64,000 nt of DNA, from positions 1 to 64,000 of IMG/VR virus record IMGVR_UViG_3300050821_006121. The stretch is one strand, 5' to 3'. Shown in pieces: positions 8,950 through 16,858 of this stretch; position 1 is the stretch's first letter; every line of letters begins with the position of its first letter. The stretch is from a virus. Position numbers and translations under genes: made by a program. Below the pieces are notes generated by a model. The model was not told where the DNA came from, did no database searches, and saw only the letters and a program-made list of their open reading frames with translations.

Positions 8950-9516
8950 ATGAAGAAGATTCTACTCGCCCTGGCCATGGTGGCCTTGGCTACCCCGGCA
9001 CTTGCCCAGAGCTCGCGAATCGGCGGCGCGGTGCCGCTGCCGAGAGCCAAGCCCGCTGCGGCATCGACCGCGACCGCCACGCCAGCCAAGACGCTCACCC
9101 AGGCCCAGGTCCAGCAGAACCCGTTCGCCATGCTCCAGCAGTTTTCGGCGGCCGACCTTACCGCGGCCCTGGCAGACGCCAACGCCCAGACGCCCCCGGA
9201 CACGACCAGCGCCCAGTGCTACACCGCCCTGCTCGCCCTAGTCAACTCCCCGCTCAACAGCCCGCTGCCCGCGGGCCCCGGCGCGTTCCAGCTGCTCCAA
9301 AAGGCTCGCGACATGAAGGCCTTCCTGGCCAACATCCAGTCGCCCAACGGGCCGCTGAGCCAGCTCAACCTGGCGTGCGCTCCGTTAATTCTCGATGTCA
9401 ACGCCACGTTGCTCGGCCTCGGCGTCCAGACGGGAATCGTCGCGGCGACCGGCGGCGTGGCCCTCCCGGCCCTGCCAGCCTTGAGCAGCCTCCTGACGCT
9501 CTTGCCGATCAAGTAG
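8950..9516 (+). CDS. Secreted protein, function unknown
   Basis: Sec signal MKKILLALAMVALATPALA-QS followed by an Ala/Pro-rich linker. Confidence 0.6.
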   Translation: MKKILLALAMVALATPALAQSSRIGGAVPLPRAKPAAASTATATPAKTLTQAQVQQNPFAMLQQFSAADLTAALADANAQTPPDTTSAQCYTALLALVNSPLNSPLPAGPGAFQLLQKARDMKAFLANIQSPNGPLSQLNLACAPLILDVNATLLGLGVQTGIVAATGGVALPALPALSSLLTLLPIK

Positions 9517-9517
9517 C

Positions 9518-9889
9518 ATGCCGGACATCTCGGCGGCCCCCCTCGTCATCAACCTAGGCGACCTACCCTCGTGGGTCATCGCGGGGGTGGCCGCCGCGGG
9601 ACTGTGGAAGGCGTGGAAGGCCGAGCGCAACTCGGCCAAGGCCGCGACCATCGCGGCCAGCTCGGCCACGGCGATCGAGGCCATCCACAAGGAGACCAAC
9701 AGCATGCGGTCCCAGCTTGAGACGGCGGCCACGGCCCGCGGCGTCCTCGTAGGCAGGACCCAAGTCCACGACGAGCACGCGGCCCAGCTCACGTCAGACA
9801 AGGACACCGTCAGGTCGGACGCGATATCGGACGCCGAGACAGCAGAGAAGATAAAAGGTATTCAGTCACCAATCCCGGATCAGAAATAG
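9518..9889 (+). CDS. N-terminally anchored membrane protein with coiled coil (i-spanin-like topology)
   Basis: TM segment LPSWVIAGVAAAGLWKAW followed by a helical, charged region. Starts 2 nt after the upstream stop. Confidence 0.45.
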   Translation: MPDISAAPLVINLGDLPSWVIAGVAAAGLWKAWKAERNSAKAATIAASSATAIEAIHKETNSMRSQLETAATARGVLVGRTQVHDEHAAQLTSDKDTVRSDAISDAETAEKIKGIQSPIPDQK

Positions 9890-9893
9890 AACA

Positions 9894-10313
9894 GTGCAAA
9901 AAGGATACTCCATCGCTTCCCCCGTACCCGAGCTGACGCCTCCGGCCCTCCATCTCCCCCTCCCCGTCACCATAATCACGGACATAGTCAGCGCGGGGGC
10001 CATCCTCGGCACCATCCTGGGCGACCTGCCGTACGTGGCGGCCCTCGCGGGCATGATCTGGTACACGATACAGATATGGGAGTCCAGAACCGTGCAGCAC
10101 TGGTGGCGCAACCACCAGATGATCCTTAAGGCCAAGAAGATCACCAAGCTCCGCGCCAAGGAGAAGGTTATCGTGGCCCAGCTGGAGGCGCTTGAGATCA
10201 AGCGCCAGGCCAGGGTCATCGCCCGGGACAAGGTCGAGGCCGCCAAGGTCGAGGCCGCCATGCAGGAGGTCCACGAGGCCACGGAGAACGCGATAAAGTC
10301 CGGGGAAACTTAG
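9894..10313 (+). CDS. Membrane protein with C-terminal coiled coil
   Basis: GTG start. Two hydrophobic segments (IITDIVSAGAILGTILG, VAALAGMIWYTIQIW) followed by a Lys/Glu-rich helix. Confidence 0.45.
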   Translation: MQKGYSIASPVPELTPPALHLPLPVTIITDIVSAGAILGTILGDLPYVAALAGMIWYTIQIWESRTVQHWWRNHQMILKAKKITKLRAKEKVIVAQLEALEIKRQARVIARDKVEAAKVEAAMQEVHEATENAIKSGET

Positions 10314-10316
10314 GGC

Positions 10317-10345
10317 TTTACTGGGGTCCGCGGCCGTGGTACGTT
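10317..10345 (+). promoter_or_regulatory. Phage promoter GGGCTTTACT-N17-TACGTT
   Basis: Motif family member. The -10 ends 8 nt before the ATG at 10354 and there is no SD, which predicts a leaderless mRNA. Confidence 0.5.
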
Positions 10346-10353
10346 AGCCCCAG

Positions 10354-11583
10354 ATGGCGGCGCAACCCCTAAGCGAGCAGGACTGCATAGACGCCGTCAA
10401 CGCCCTCAAGGCGGCCGACGGCAATCAGACGAGGGCCGCGCACTCGCTGGGGATCCCCCGTCCCACGTTCCAGAGCAGGTTGCACACGGCCGCCCTGAGG
10501 GGGTTCTGCGGCACCGACCCGGTCATCCCGGGGTTCGGCATCAGGCAGGTGTCGCGGCAGACCGACGCCTCGGGCGCGCTTCAGAAAGAGTGGGTCAAGC
10601 AGGGCAGGCTGGGGGAGGAGTTCGTCCTCCCGGCGGGCCACGTGATCAAGGGCGTCTCGGCCCTGACCGATGCCGACGGAAGGCTCCTCCAGCAGTGGGT
10701 CAAGACCCGGTTCGACGAGGCCATAGTCGACGTCACCGCGGCCCTGACCGAGTCGTTCAAGGCGTACAAAGGCCACGCCACGCTGCCTTCTCCGCCCAGG
10801 CACCCCGACAGGGACACGGTCACCGTCTACCCCATAGGCGACCACCACCTGGGGCTCTACACCTGGAAGCCCGTGACCGGGAACAACTACGACCTGTCCA
10901 TAGGCCAGAAGCTGCTCATGGACACCATGGCGTCCCTGGTCGCCGACGCGCCGTCTTCCAAGACCGGCGTCATCCTCAACCTGGGCGACTTCTTCCACTC
11001 CGACAACGACTCCAACCGGACGCCCAAGTCGGGCCACGCCCTGGACGTTGACGGGAGGTACGCCAAGATCCTGAGGGTCGGCGTGGACCTGCTGATCCAC
11101 TGCATCCAGCTGGCGCTCCAGCGCCACGAGCGGGTCATCGTCAGGTGCCTTCCCGGCAACCACGACCCCTACGCCTCCCTGGCCCTGGCCACGGCCCTGG
11201 GCGCGTTCTTCTCCAAGAGTCCCCGGGTCTTGATCGACACTGACGCGTCGCCGTTCTTCAAGTACCGGTTCGACAAGGTGCTGATCGCGTCGGCCCACGG
11301 CGACATGATCAAGGCCACCGACATGCCCGGCTTCGTCGCGGCCACGTGGCCGGAAGATTGGGGCGCGACGCGATTCAGGTACGTCTACCTTGGCCACGTC
11401 CACCACAAGAGCATAGGCGGCGGCGAGAAGGCCGGCGTCATCTGGGAGACCTTCCAGACCCTGGCGCCCAAGGACATCTGGCACCACTCGTCTGGCTACG
11501 TGTCCGGCAGGTCCATGGTCTCGATCACCCACCACCGCGAGAAGGGCGAGATCAAGCGCAGTACGGTGTCGGTCAAGGAATGA
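10354..11583 (+). CDS. HTH domain fused to calcineurin-like metallophosphoesterase
   Basis: N-terminal NQTRAAHSLGIPRPTFQSRL is a Fis-type HTH. Phosphoesterase motifs follow: GDHHLG, GDFFHSDN, GNHD, GHVHH. Confidence 0.7.
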   Translation: MAAQPLSEQDCIDAVNALKAADGNQTRAAHSLGIPRPTFQSRLHTAALRGFCGTDPVIPGFGIRQVSRQTDASGALQKEWVKQGRLGEEFVLPAGHVIKGVSALTDADGRLLQQWVKTRFDEAIVDVTAALTESFKAYKGHATLPSPPRHPDRDTVTVYPIGDHHLGLYTWKPVTGNNYDLSIGQKLLMDTMASLVADAPSSKTGVILNLGDFFHSDNDSNRTPKSGHALDVDGRYAKILRVGVDLLIHCIQLALQRHERVIVRCLPGNHDPYASLALATALGAFFSKSPRVLIDTDASPFFKYRFDKVLIASAHGDMIKATDMPGFVAATWPEDWGATRFRYVYLGHVHHKSIGGGEKAGVIWETFQTLAPKDIWHHSSGYVSGRSMVSITHHREKGEIKRSTVSVKE

Positions 11584-11596
11584 GGGAGGTATTGTC

Positions 11597-11734
11597 ATGC
11601 GACACAAGCGTAAGATTTCCGCCCCCAAGAGACTGCGGCGCCTGACCAGGACCAAGCGATGGTCCCTGGACGAGGATGAGGACCGCGTCAGCGACGGCAC
11701 CGAGTGCGGGACCGTCGAGACCAAAGAGACCTAG
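11597..11734 (+). CDS. Small basic protein (45 aa)
   Basis: ATG preceded by GGGAGG at a 7-nt spacing. Too short to appear in the ORF track. Confidence 0.3.
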   Translation: MRHKRKISAPKRLRRLTRTKRWSLDEDEDRVSDGTECGTVETKET

Positions 11735-12360
11735 AGCAGATCGTCCCTGTATTCCAGTTCGTTGAGGCACACGAACCTCGTGCCGCGCAGCACGTGGTCG
11801 AAGCTGACGTGCCAATGCCCGAACACCCAGAGCTCGGGCGAGTGCGCCGACCACATGGCCTGCAGCGCCTGGCACGTCCGGGACTGCAACTTGTCGCGCG
11901 AGTTGTAGGCGCTCATCAGTATCTCCTCGCCGACCTCCATCGGACAGTTGTGGGTGATCATGACCCTCGGCTTGACCCGAACATAGACATCCACCAGATA
12001 GTTTAGTTCGGTGATCGACAGTTCCTCGTCCGGCCACCAGCTGTAGCCCTCAATTCGGTACTGCTTGTCGATCGATACCGCGCCGCCGACGTACATGACG
12101 TCGCTCTCCAGCGTACCGTCCTTGATCCACTGCGAGTGTCTCTCGCACTCTGCGGGGTTGTCGTGGTTACCACGAATGAATCTGTGGTCGCCCCTGACCA
12201 TGGCGTAGTGGGGCGGGTTGGCGTACAACTCTCCGGCATTCGGCCCCTGGGTCCTGCGGAAGCCCACGCCCATGTCGCCAACCTGAATCGATGCCGGGCA
12301 GTCCTTGATGATCTTCTTGTACTGATCGTATTTTCCGTGGACGTCACCTATTAAGCGCAT
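11731..12360 (-). CDS. Metallophosphoesterase (Ser/Thr phosphatase-like)
   Basis: Motifs GDVHG, GDMG, RGNHDNP and FGHWH are present. Confidence 0.8.
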   Translation of the reverse strand: MRLIGDVHGKYDQYKKIIKDCPASIQVGDMGVGFRRTQGPNAGELYANPPHYAMVRGDHRFIRGNHDNPAECERHSQWIKDGTLESDVMYVGGAVSIDKQYRIEGYSWWPDEELSITELNYLVDVYVRVKPRVMITHNCPMEVGEEILMSAYNSRDKLQSRTCQALQAMWSAHSPELWVFGHWHVSFDHVLRGTRFVCLNELEYRDDLL

Positions 12361-13169
12361 AGTTGCCGTTTCCTGTTTCTTTTGAACCCATGATTCTCTG
12401 ATCTCGCGTATCGCGCTTTAGCAGAAATGCTCATTTTCAAACGTGATTCCTCCGAACGTTTTTTACCACGGTTTGCGGCACCAATCTTTGCGCGATGTTC
12501 TGGTGTCCGTTTTTGACCTTTCTGGAACGCGCTAATTTTGCGTTTAACCTCGTCTGAATGACGATAGCCAATCATCGCAATTTTTCGAGCAGCCATACAC
12601 TCCGGGGATGGTGGTCGACCATTGCGCGATTTACGCATCTTTTCAATGGTCTCTGGCGAATAGACTCTTCCTAAATTAGCCTGTCTAGTCTTCTCGACGG
12701 CATCGCGTGGTTGTTTGCGACCTAAATTCTTTTGTCGGGATTTCTCGATTGATTCTGGCGACATCTTCCGGCCAGTCGCAGCCCTGCGCATTTTCTCAAT
12801 TGCCTCTGGAGTGTGTCTTCTACCAGTTGCGTGTTTGCGTACATTTTCTTTGAATTCGTCTGATCGTTTCACACCAAGACAAGTCCCGGCGGTTGGAGAC
12901 GCATTATAACAACTATTGAGCCTGTCTATCCAAAATTGTTCGCGCTCAATCCCATGCGGCTTACCGAAGGCTAGATCAATTGGTTCAATAACAAACCTAA
13001 ATCTACCGTACTTATTCCATGCACGTTGAAGACGCTGAGCGTGATGTTCATTACTAAAGAGAAGTTTAGCATGAGCACCTTTACGTCTAGTCCAATGAAC
13101 TGTTTGGCCTACGTAACACTTATCCGAATCGAGATGACGGATTCGATATATCCAGACTAGATCAGCCAA
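12351..13169 (-). CDS. GIY-YIG homing endonuclease with NUMOD3 repeats
   Basis: IYRIRH..KCYVGQT..RRKGAH is the GIY-YIG core. Repeated HTPEAIEKMR / SPESIEKSR / SPETIEKMR motifs. Lies in a low-GC island. Confidence 0.85.
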   Translation of the reverse strand: MADLVWIYRIRHLDSDKCYVGQTVHWTRRKGAHAKLLFSNEHHAQRLQRAWNKYGRFRFVIEPIDLAFGKPHGIEREQFWIDRLNSCYNASPTAGTCLGVKRSDEFKENVRKHATGRRHTPEAIEKMRRAATGRKMSPESIEKSRQKNLGRKQPRDAVEKTRQANLGRVYSPETIEKMRKSRNGRPPSPECMAARKIAMIGYRHSDEVKRKISAFQKGQKRTPEHRAKIGAANRGKKRSEESRLKMSISAKARYARSENHGFKRNRKRQLCA

Positions 13170-14608
13170 GTCTTATACCCGTCATTGGTTATAGCTGACG
13201 CGATATCAATTTTATCGCGTAATGTCTGAATGATCCTTTCCTCTACCGTTCCAGGCACTACAAGATCAATTCTAGTCGCCTGATTGAATTTTTCAACTCC
13301 CTCACTGCGATCTTCCGCTTGATACCTATGCTCAAGGTCGGCGGTCGAGCTATAAAACACGTGAAGGTCCGCAACGGACCACGTCCTGCCCCGGCCCCCA
13401 GCCGCGGGCGTCGCAACCTCGAACCGGCACTCCGGGTCATTCTTGAACCTGGACTCCTCCTCCTCCCTCGTATCCCGGTTTCCCCCCCAAAACCTCGCCA
13501 CCGCCCTCTCGCCATACTCCTTGATCAGCCGATCCGAGACCTTCCTCACGTCGTGGTCGTAGGAGCACCAGATGATCGCCTTCCCGTCGTAGTCCTCCAA
13601 TACTCGTAACAGCTCCGCCGTGCGGTTCTCCGGGACGTCGTGTATCTCGCCGGTGTCGTCATCGATCACATGGCCGCACAGCAGCTGGTGCAGCCGAAGT
13701 ATCTGCGTGATCACGGCCGTGGCCGTGACGTGCTTGTCGGCCTCGATGGCCGACGTCGCGAACTCTTTCAGCTCCCGGTAAATGCGCTCCTGCTCCGCGG
13801 TCATCTTGACCTCGCGCATGACGTAGACCGGGGGCGCGGCCTCCCTGACCTGGTCCAGGGTCACCCGGTAGGAGTGGGGCGCTATCAGGTTCCACAGCTC
13901 GTCGGTGTTGCGGTAGCCCACCACGATGCTCACGGCCCTGCCGCCGAAGTCCATCTTCTTGACCACGGCGTAGCGAGCGCGGAAGGAATAAAACGAGCGA
14001 TGTCCTAAGATTCTCCAATCTAAAAATTCGAATTGCGAAAAAAGATCAAGTGGGGATCGGGGTGTCGGGAGGCCCGACAGTATCCTGCGGTACGCGGCCT
14101 TTGGTGCGAGTTTTTGCTGGATGAACTTGGTGCGCTTGGCCGAGGGGTTCTTGACGACCGTAGACTCGTCGATGGCCATCACCACACGACCCTGGCCAAG
14201 GAACTCTTGCGCCGCTTTACGGGCCTTGTCCACCGAGCTCAGTGCCTCGACGTTGACCAGGAATACCCGGGCAACACCGAGGTCGTTAGCCCCCATAAAG
14301 TTTTTCAAGTTTCTTGCGTGACCAGACCCTCCGCCAGACTGCCACGTGTGGACCATGGTCTTCTCTCTGGCGTAGTCAGGAAGCTGCTTACCTATCTCGG
14401 TCTCCCAGGTCTTGTAGACGCCGCCCGGTGCCACGACCATGAGGTCCTGAGCTAGGTCATCTTCAACAAGACCACCCCAATCATCTATGAGCACCTTCGA
14501 TTTTCCGGTTCGCATGCTCATCAAGAGGGCAAACGCCTCCCGCCCCCGCATCTTGTCCAGGGCCTCGGTCTGGTGCGCGTAGGGGGGGAGGCGGGGGGTG
14601 TAGACCAA
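13157..14608 (-). CDS. SNF2-family (DEAD-like) helicase
   Basis: PYAHQ..ALLMSMRTGKS is the Walker A region and AIDESTVVKN is the DExx box. A C-terminal helicase domain follows. Confidence 0.85.
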   Translation of the reverse strand: MVYTPRLPPYAHQTEALDKMRGREAFALLMSMRTGKSKVLIDDWGGLVEDDLAQDLMVVAPGGVYKTWETEIGKQLPDYAREKTMVHTWQSGGGSGHARNLKNFMGANDLGVARVFLVNVEALSSVDKARKAAQEFLGQGRVVMAIDESTVVKNPSAKRTKFIQQKLAPKAAYRRILSGLPTPRSPLDLFSQFEFLDWRILGHRSFYSFRARYAVVKKMDFGGRAVSIVVGYRNTDELWNLIAPHSYRVTLDQVREAAPPVYVMREVKMTAEQERIYRELKEFATSAIEADKHVTATAVITQILRLHQLLCGHVIDDDTGEIHDVPENRTAELLRVLEDYDGKAIIWCSYDHDVRKVSDRLIKEYGERAVARFWGGNRDTREEEESRFKNDPECRFEVATPAAGGRGRTWSVADLHVFYSSTADLEHRYQAEDRSEGVEKFNQATRIDLVVPGTVEERIIQTLRDKIDIASAITNDGYKTWLI

Positions 14609-14611
14609 GGG

Positions 14612-15145
14612 TCAGTCCTTGGCGGCCATCGGGAACGGGCTGACGATCACCCGCGGCTCGACGTAGACCGGGTCGAGCTTCTTGCCGTCGGGATCCAGGC
14701 AAATGACCCAAGTGCCTTCGGCAGCGGCCGGCATGTAAAGACCATTCGGTTCGGCTTGCGGCATCGCCAGATGCTGCGATGATCCCGACGTGTAGAAGGC
14801 GTCCTTCTGCGGATTGCTGTACTGCGTCGCGTAGGGCAGTCCGTAGCCGACCGATGTCGCGGGGCAAATCTTGTGCTTGCCGCCATTCAAATCGAGGTAG
14901 TACGCATAGGTGACAAGGTTCGCGCTGTCACGCAACTCGTAGAGCATTTTCAGTTGGCGCTTTTCGGTGAAATTGGTGATGCCGGGAAGGCCGAGCTGCA
15001 CGGATGCTTGGCCGGTAAGCTGTTCGGTTGCCTGTCGCTCACGTTGATCCGCTGTCGGCGTGCCGCTGCAGTCCCCGCCGTCACCCATCAGGAGTGTGAT
15101 AGAGGCGAACAGTGTTCCTGCGATAACGATGGTCTTGGTGCGCAT
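14612..15145 (-). CDS. Exported protein, function unknown
   Basis: N-terminal hydrophobic signal MRTKTIVIAGTLFASITLLMG. Tightly packed in the minus-strand operon. Confidence 0.6.
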   Translation of the reverse strand: MRTKTIVIAGTLFASITLLMGDGGDCSGTPTADQRERQATEQLTGQASVQLGLPGITNFTEKRQLKMLYELRDSANLVTYAYYLDLNGGKHKICPATSVGYGLPYATQYSNPQKDAFYTSGSSQHLAMPQAEPNGLYMPAAAEGTWVICLDPDGKKLDPVYVEPRVIVSPFPMAAKD

Positions 15146-15148
15146 GGT

Positions 15149-15469
15149 CTAGTTTCCCATTGGGTTGCAGAACGACGCCAGATCGGCGGGAAGGCGCGAG
15201 CGGTCGAGTGCCTCGCACTCGTGGCGCGCGGCCAGGACCAGGGTCTGCCTGGCCTCGGGCGTGGGCGCCGCGTCCGACTGTATCTTGAGCCGATACAGGT
15301 TGCGGGTCTCGCCTTCCGAGTAGGCGCGCGACTGGAGCATCACGTCGCGCCTGGTCGCCTCGTACTTGGGGGCGAAGAAGTTGTAGGTGCCGTAGGCGTA
15401 GTAGTTGAGGCCGAAGATGGCCGCAAAGAACAACGGAATGCCCAGGATGATTGCTAGTGCGATTTTCAT
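15149..15469 (-). CDS. Small membrane protein
   Basis: ATG at 15469 with a GAGGAG SD is preferred over the TTG at 15493. TM segment IALAIILGIPLFFAAIFGL. Confidence 0.6.
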   Translation of the reverse strand: MKIALAIILGIPLFFAAIFGLNYYAYGTYNFFAPKYEATRRDVMLQSRAYSEGETRNLYRLKIQSDAAPTPEARQTLVLAARHECEALDRSRLPADLASFCNPMGN

Positions 15470-15491
15470 GTCAGGTCTCCTCTCGCTGGTC

Positions 15492-15520
15492 AATGTAGCC
15501 CGATGCCGGGGAGTAGTAAA
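15492..15520 (-). promoter_or_regulatory. Phage promoter GCTTTACT-N17-TACATT
   Basis: Reverse-complement motif family member upstream of the 15469 operon. Confidence 0.5.
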
Positions 15521-15540
15521 GCGTCCCGACGCCCGCGGCC

Positions 15541-15700
15541 CTATCGCCTTATATACTGCACAGGGGGGTAGAGAAATTTTTTATTGTGACGCCCCCGCGG
15601 AAAGTATAAAGCATAACTGCTCTCTATGTACGTGATGTTGCTGGCCTTTTGCCCTATAGGCCACACAAAAGCCATGATATAATGGTATAGGGCTTTACGG
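15541..15700 (-). repeat. 160-bp AT-rich regulatory repeat, copy A (inverted partner at 46004-46160)
   Basis: The reverse complement aligns by eye over about 160 bp with 46004-46160. It contains CTTTAT-N17-CACAAT (15583-15611, minus strand) and abuts a GGGCTTTAC promoter. Confidence 0.7.
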
Positions 15701-15722
15701 CACCCTCTCGGCGTGCTACATT
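15694..15722 (+). promoter_or_regulatory. Phage promoter GGGCTTTACG-N17-TACATT
   Basis: Motif family member facing the tRNA array. Confidence 0.5.
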
Positions 15723-15821
15723 GACCGTGCTGCGCAAGCGAACCCCAACGATGGAGGCAGCCCCAGGCAATCACCCCACTCTCTGGTAGCACATAACTCT
15801 TTGTGGTTGTTGAACTTCCTG

Positions 15822-15859
15822 GCCCCCAGGAACTTTTTTGGTCCTGGGGGCTTTACTTT
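15822..15859 (+). terminator. Hairpin plus T-rich tail (candidate intrinsic terminator)
   Basis: A 10-bp stem GCCCCCAGGA/TCCTGGGGGC is followed by CTTTACTTT and overlaps the next -35. Confidence 0.35.
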
Positions 15860-15880
15860 GCATGTTAGGCGTGCTAAATC
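15852..15880 (+). promoter_or_regulatory. Phage promoter GGGCTTTACT-N17-TAAATC
   Basis: Motif family member about 170 nt upstream of the first tRNA. Confidence 0.5.
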
Positions 15881-15975
15881 TGTGAGCAGAATGGACCCGA
15901 GCGATCCTCTTACGCGCTTACTATCGCATGTGGCGATAGGGCTGTACCTTCATCGTGAAAGCTCAGAATTTTCTG

Positions 15976-16047
15976 GGCGCGCGCTGTACGACCGCCTGCC
16001 TCGATGAGGGGCACGCTCAGCGGCGCGCGCCTCTTTGATCATTTTTC
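15976..16047 (+). terminator. GC-rich long hairpin followed by a T-run (terminator, attenuator or processing site)
   Basis: A 9-bp stem GGCGCGCGC/GCGCGCGCC encloses a sub-hairpin and is followed by TCTTTGATCATTTTT, just before tRNA 1. Confidence 0.35.
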
Positions 16048-16048
16048 A

Positions 16049-16119
16049 TCCCCCAAAGCACTACGGTAGTGCAGCGTCCTCGTACGGCGTTGGACCGGGT
16101 TCAATTCCTGGTGGGGGAA
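16049..16119 (+). tRNA. tRNA-Thr(CGT)
   Basis: Hand-folded. Acceptor TCCCCCA/TGGGGGA, anticodon loop cT-CGT-ac, T-arm CCGGG-TTCAATT-CCTGG. Confidence 0.7.
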
Positions 16120-16120
16120 C

Positions 16121-16193
16121 GCCGGGGTGGCTCAGTGGCAACAGCAACTGTTTTGTAAGCAGTCAATCGCGAGTTCGAGTCTCGCTCCCGGCT
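16121..16193 (+). tRNA. tRNA-Thr(TGT)
   Basis: Acceptor GCCGGGG/TCCCGGC, loop tT-TGT-aa, T-loop TTCGAGT, encoded CCA. Confidence 0.75.
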
Positions 16194-16204
16194 CCATCTT
16201 TTTC

Positions 16205-16277
16205 GCCGCAGTAGCTCAAACGGAAGAGCGTCGCTTTGGTATAGCGAAGGCAGCTAGTTCGATACTAGCCTGCGGCA
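16205..16277 (+). tRNA. tRNA-Thr(GGT)
   Basis: Acceptor GCCGCAG/CTGCGGC, loop tT-GGT-at, encoded CCA. Confidence 0.75.
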
Positions 16278-16285
16278 CCACTTAT

Positions 16286-16366
16286 GCGAGCGTGGCCTCG
16301 TAGGAAACGGCACACCTTGCGGTCTCAGACACCGTGGCTTTGGGAGTTCGAGTCTCCCCGCTCGCA
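16286..16366 (+). tRNA. Atypical tRNA, best anticodon CAG (Leu?)
   Basis: Perfect acceptor GCGAGCG/CGCTCGC and T-arm, encoded CCA. The anticodon hairpin is GCGGT-cT-CAG-ac-ACCGT, with about 6 extra nt between the D arm and anticodon stem and no long variable arm. Confidence 0.5.
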
Positions 16367-16373
16367 CCAATAA

Positions 16374-16447
16374 CCCCTTGTAGCCCAAAGGCAGAGGCCA
16401 CCGCTTCAAAACCGGTTGATGTGTCGGTTCGAGTCCGACCTTGGGGA
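16374..16447 (+). tRNA. Atypical tRNA or pseudo-tRNA, anticodon CAA (Leu?)
   Basis: Good T-arm GTCGG-TTCGAGT-CCGAC and encoded CCA. Loop tT-CAA-aa. The acceptor has two T.T mismatches and the variable arm is short. Confidence 0.45.
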
Positions 16448-16455
16448 CCACACAC

Positions 16456-16527
16456 GCTCCCTGCGCCAGATGGGAAGGCATCGGTTTTACACGCCGACAC
16501 GACTCCGTTCGATTCGGAGAGGGAGTA
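16456..16527 (+). tRNA. tRNA-Val(TAC)
   Basis: Acceptor GCTCCCT/AGGGAGT, loop tT-TAC-ac, encoded CCA. Confidence 0.75.
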
Positions 16528-16534
16528 CCATAAC

Positions 16535-16606
16535 GCGTCTTTGGCGCAGTGACAGCGCGTCTCTTTGACATGGAGAAGGCCGCAAGTTTGATTCTTGCAA
16601 GACGCA
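16535..16606 (+). tRNA. tRNA-Val(GAC)
   Basis: Acceptor GCGTCTT/AAGACGC, loop tT-GAC-at, encoded CCA. Confidence 0.75.
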
Positions 16607-16610
16607 CCAC

Positions 16611-16682
16611 GCAAGCTAGTCCGAACGGCGAGGGCCTCGGCCGATAACCGAGTGGTAGCTGGTTCAACTCCAGCAGCTTGCA
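16611..16682 (+). tRNA. tRNA-Ile(GAT)
   Basis: Acceptor GCAAGCT/AGCTTGC, anticodon hairpin CTCGG-cC-GAT-aa-CCGAG (C33 is unusual), encoded CCA. Confidence 0.65.
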
Positions 16683-16689
16683 CCAATAC

Positions 16690-16768
16690 GGATCCTGAAC
16701 GTAAAGCCGAATGGATAGGCGCTGAACTTTTAATTCAGTCGTAAGAGGGTCGGAACCTCCAGGATTCT
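16690..16768 (+). tRNA. Atypical tRNA-Lys(TTT)
   Basis: Acceptor GGATCCT/AGGATTC, anticodon hairpin CTGAA-cT-TTT-aa-TTCAG, encoded CCA. There are 9 nt rather than 2 between the acceptor and D stem, and the T-arm is weak. Confidence 0.5.
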
Positions 16769-16776
16769 CCATTTCC

Positions 16777-16857
16777 GGATCGTTGACCCGAGCGGCAAAG
16801 GGACTGGCCTCTTAAACCAGTGCGAAAGCTTCGTGGGTTCGAGTCCCACACGATCTT
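16777..16857 (+). tRNA. Atypical tRNA, anticodon CTT (Lys?) with 12-nt variable region
   Basis: Acceptor GGATCGT/ACGATCT, T-arm GTGGG-TTCGAGT-CCCAC. Loop cT-CTT-aa has a C.A closing mismatch, or alternatively forms a 9-nt loop. Confidence 0.5.
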
Positions 16858-16858
16858 C

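Noticed and set aside
10369-11724. 451-aa minus-strand ORF
   Set aside because: It is antisense to the HTH-phosphoesterase gene, which has clear motifs. The Arg/Gly/Pro-rich translation is typical of shadow ORFs in high-GC DNA.
15801-16007. 68-aa ORF upstream of the tRNA array
   Set aside because: It spans a hairpin and a promoter, so it is unlikely as a whole. Only its 38-codon tail from the ATG at 15891 is kept, as a speculative leader peptide in the findings.
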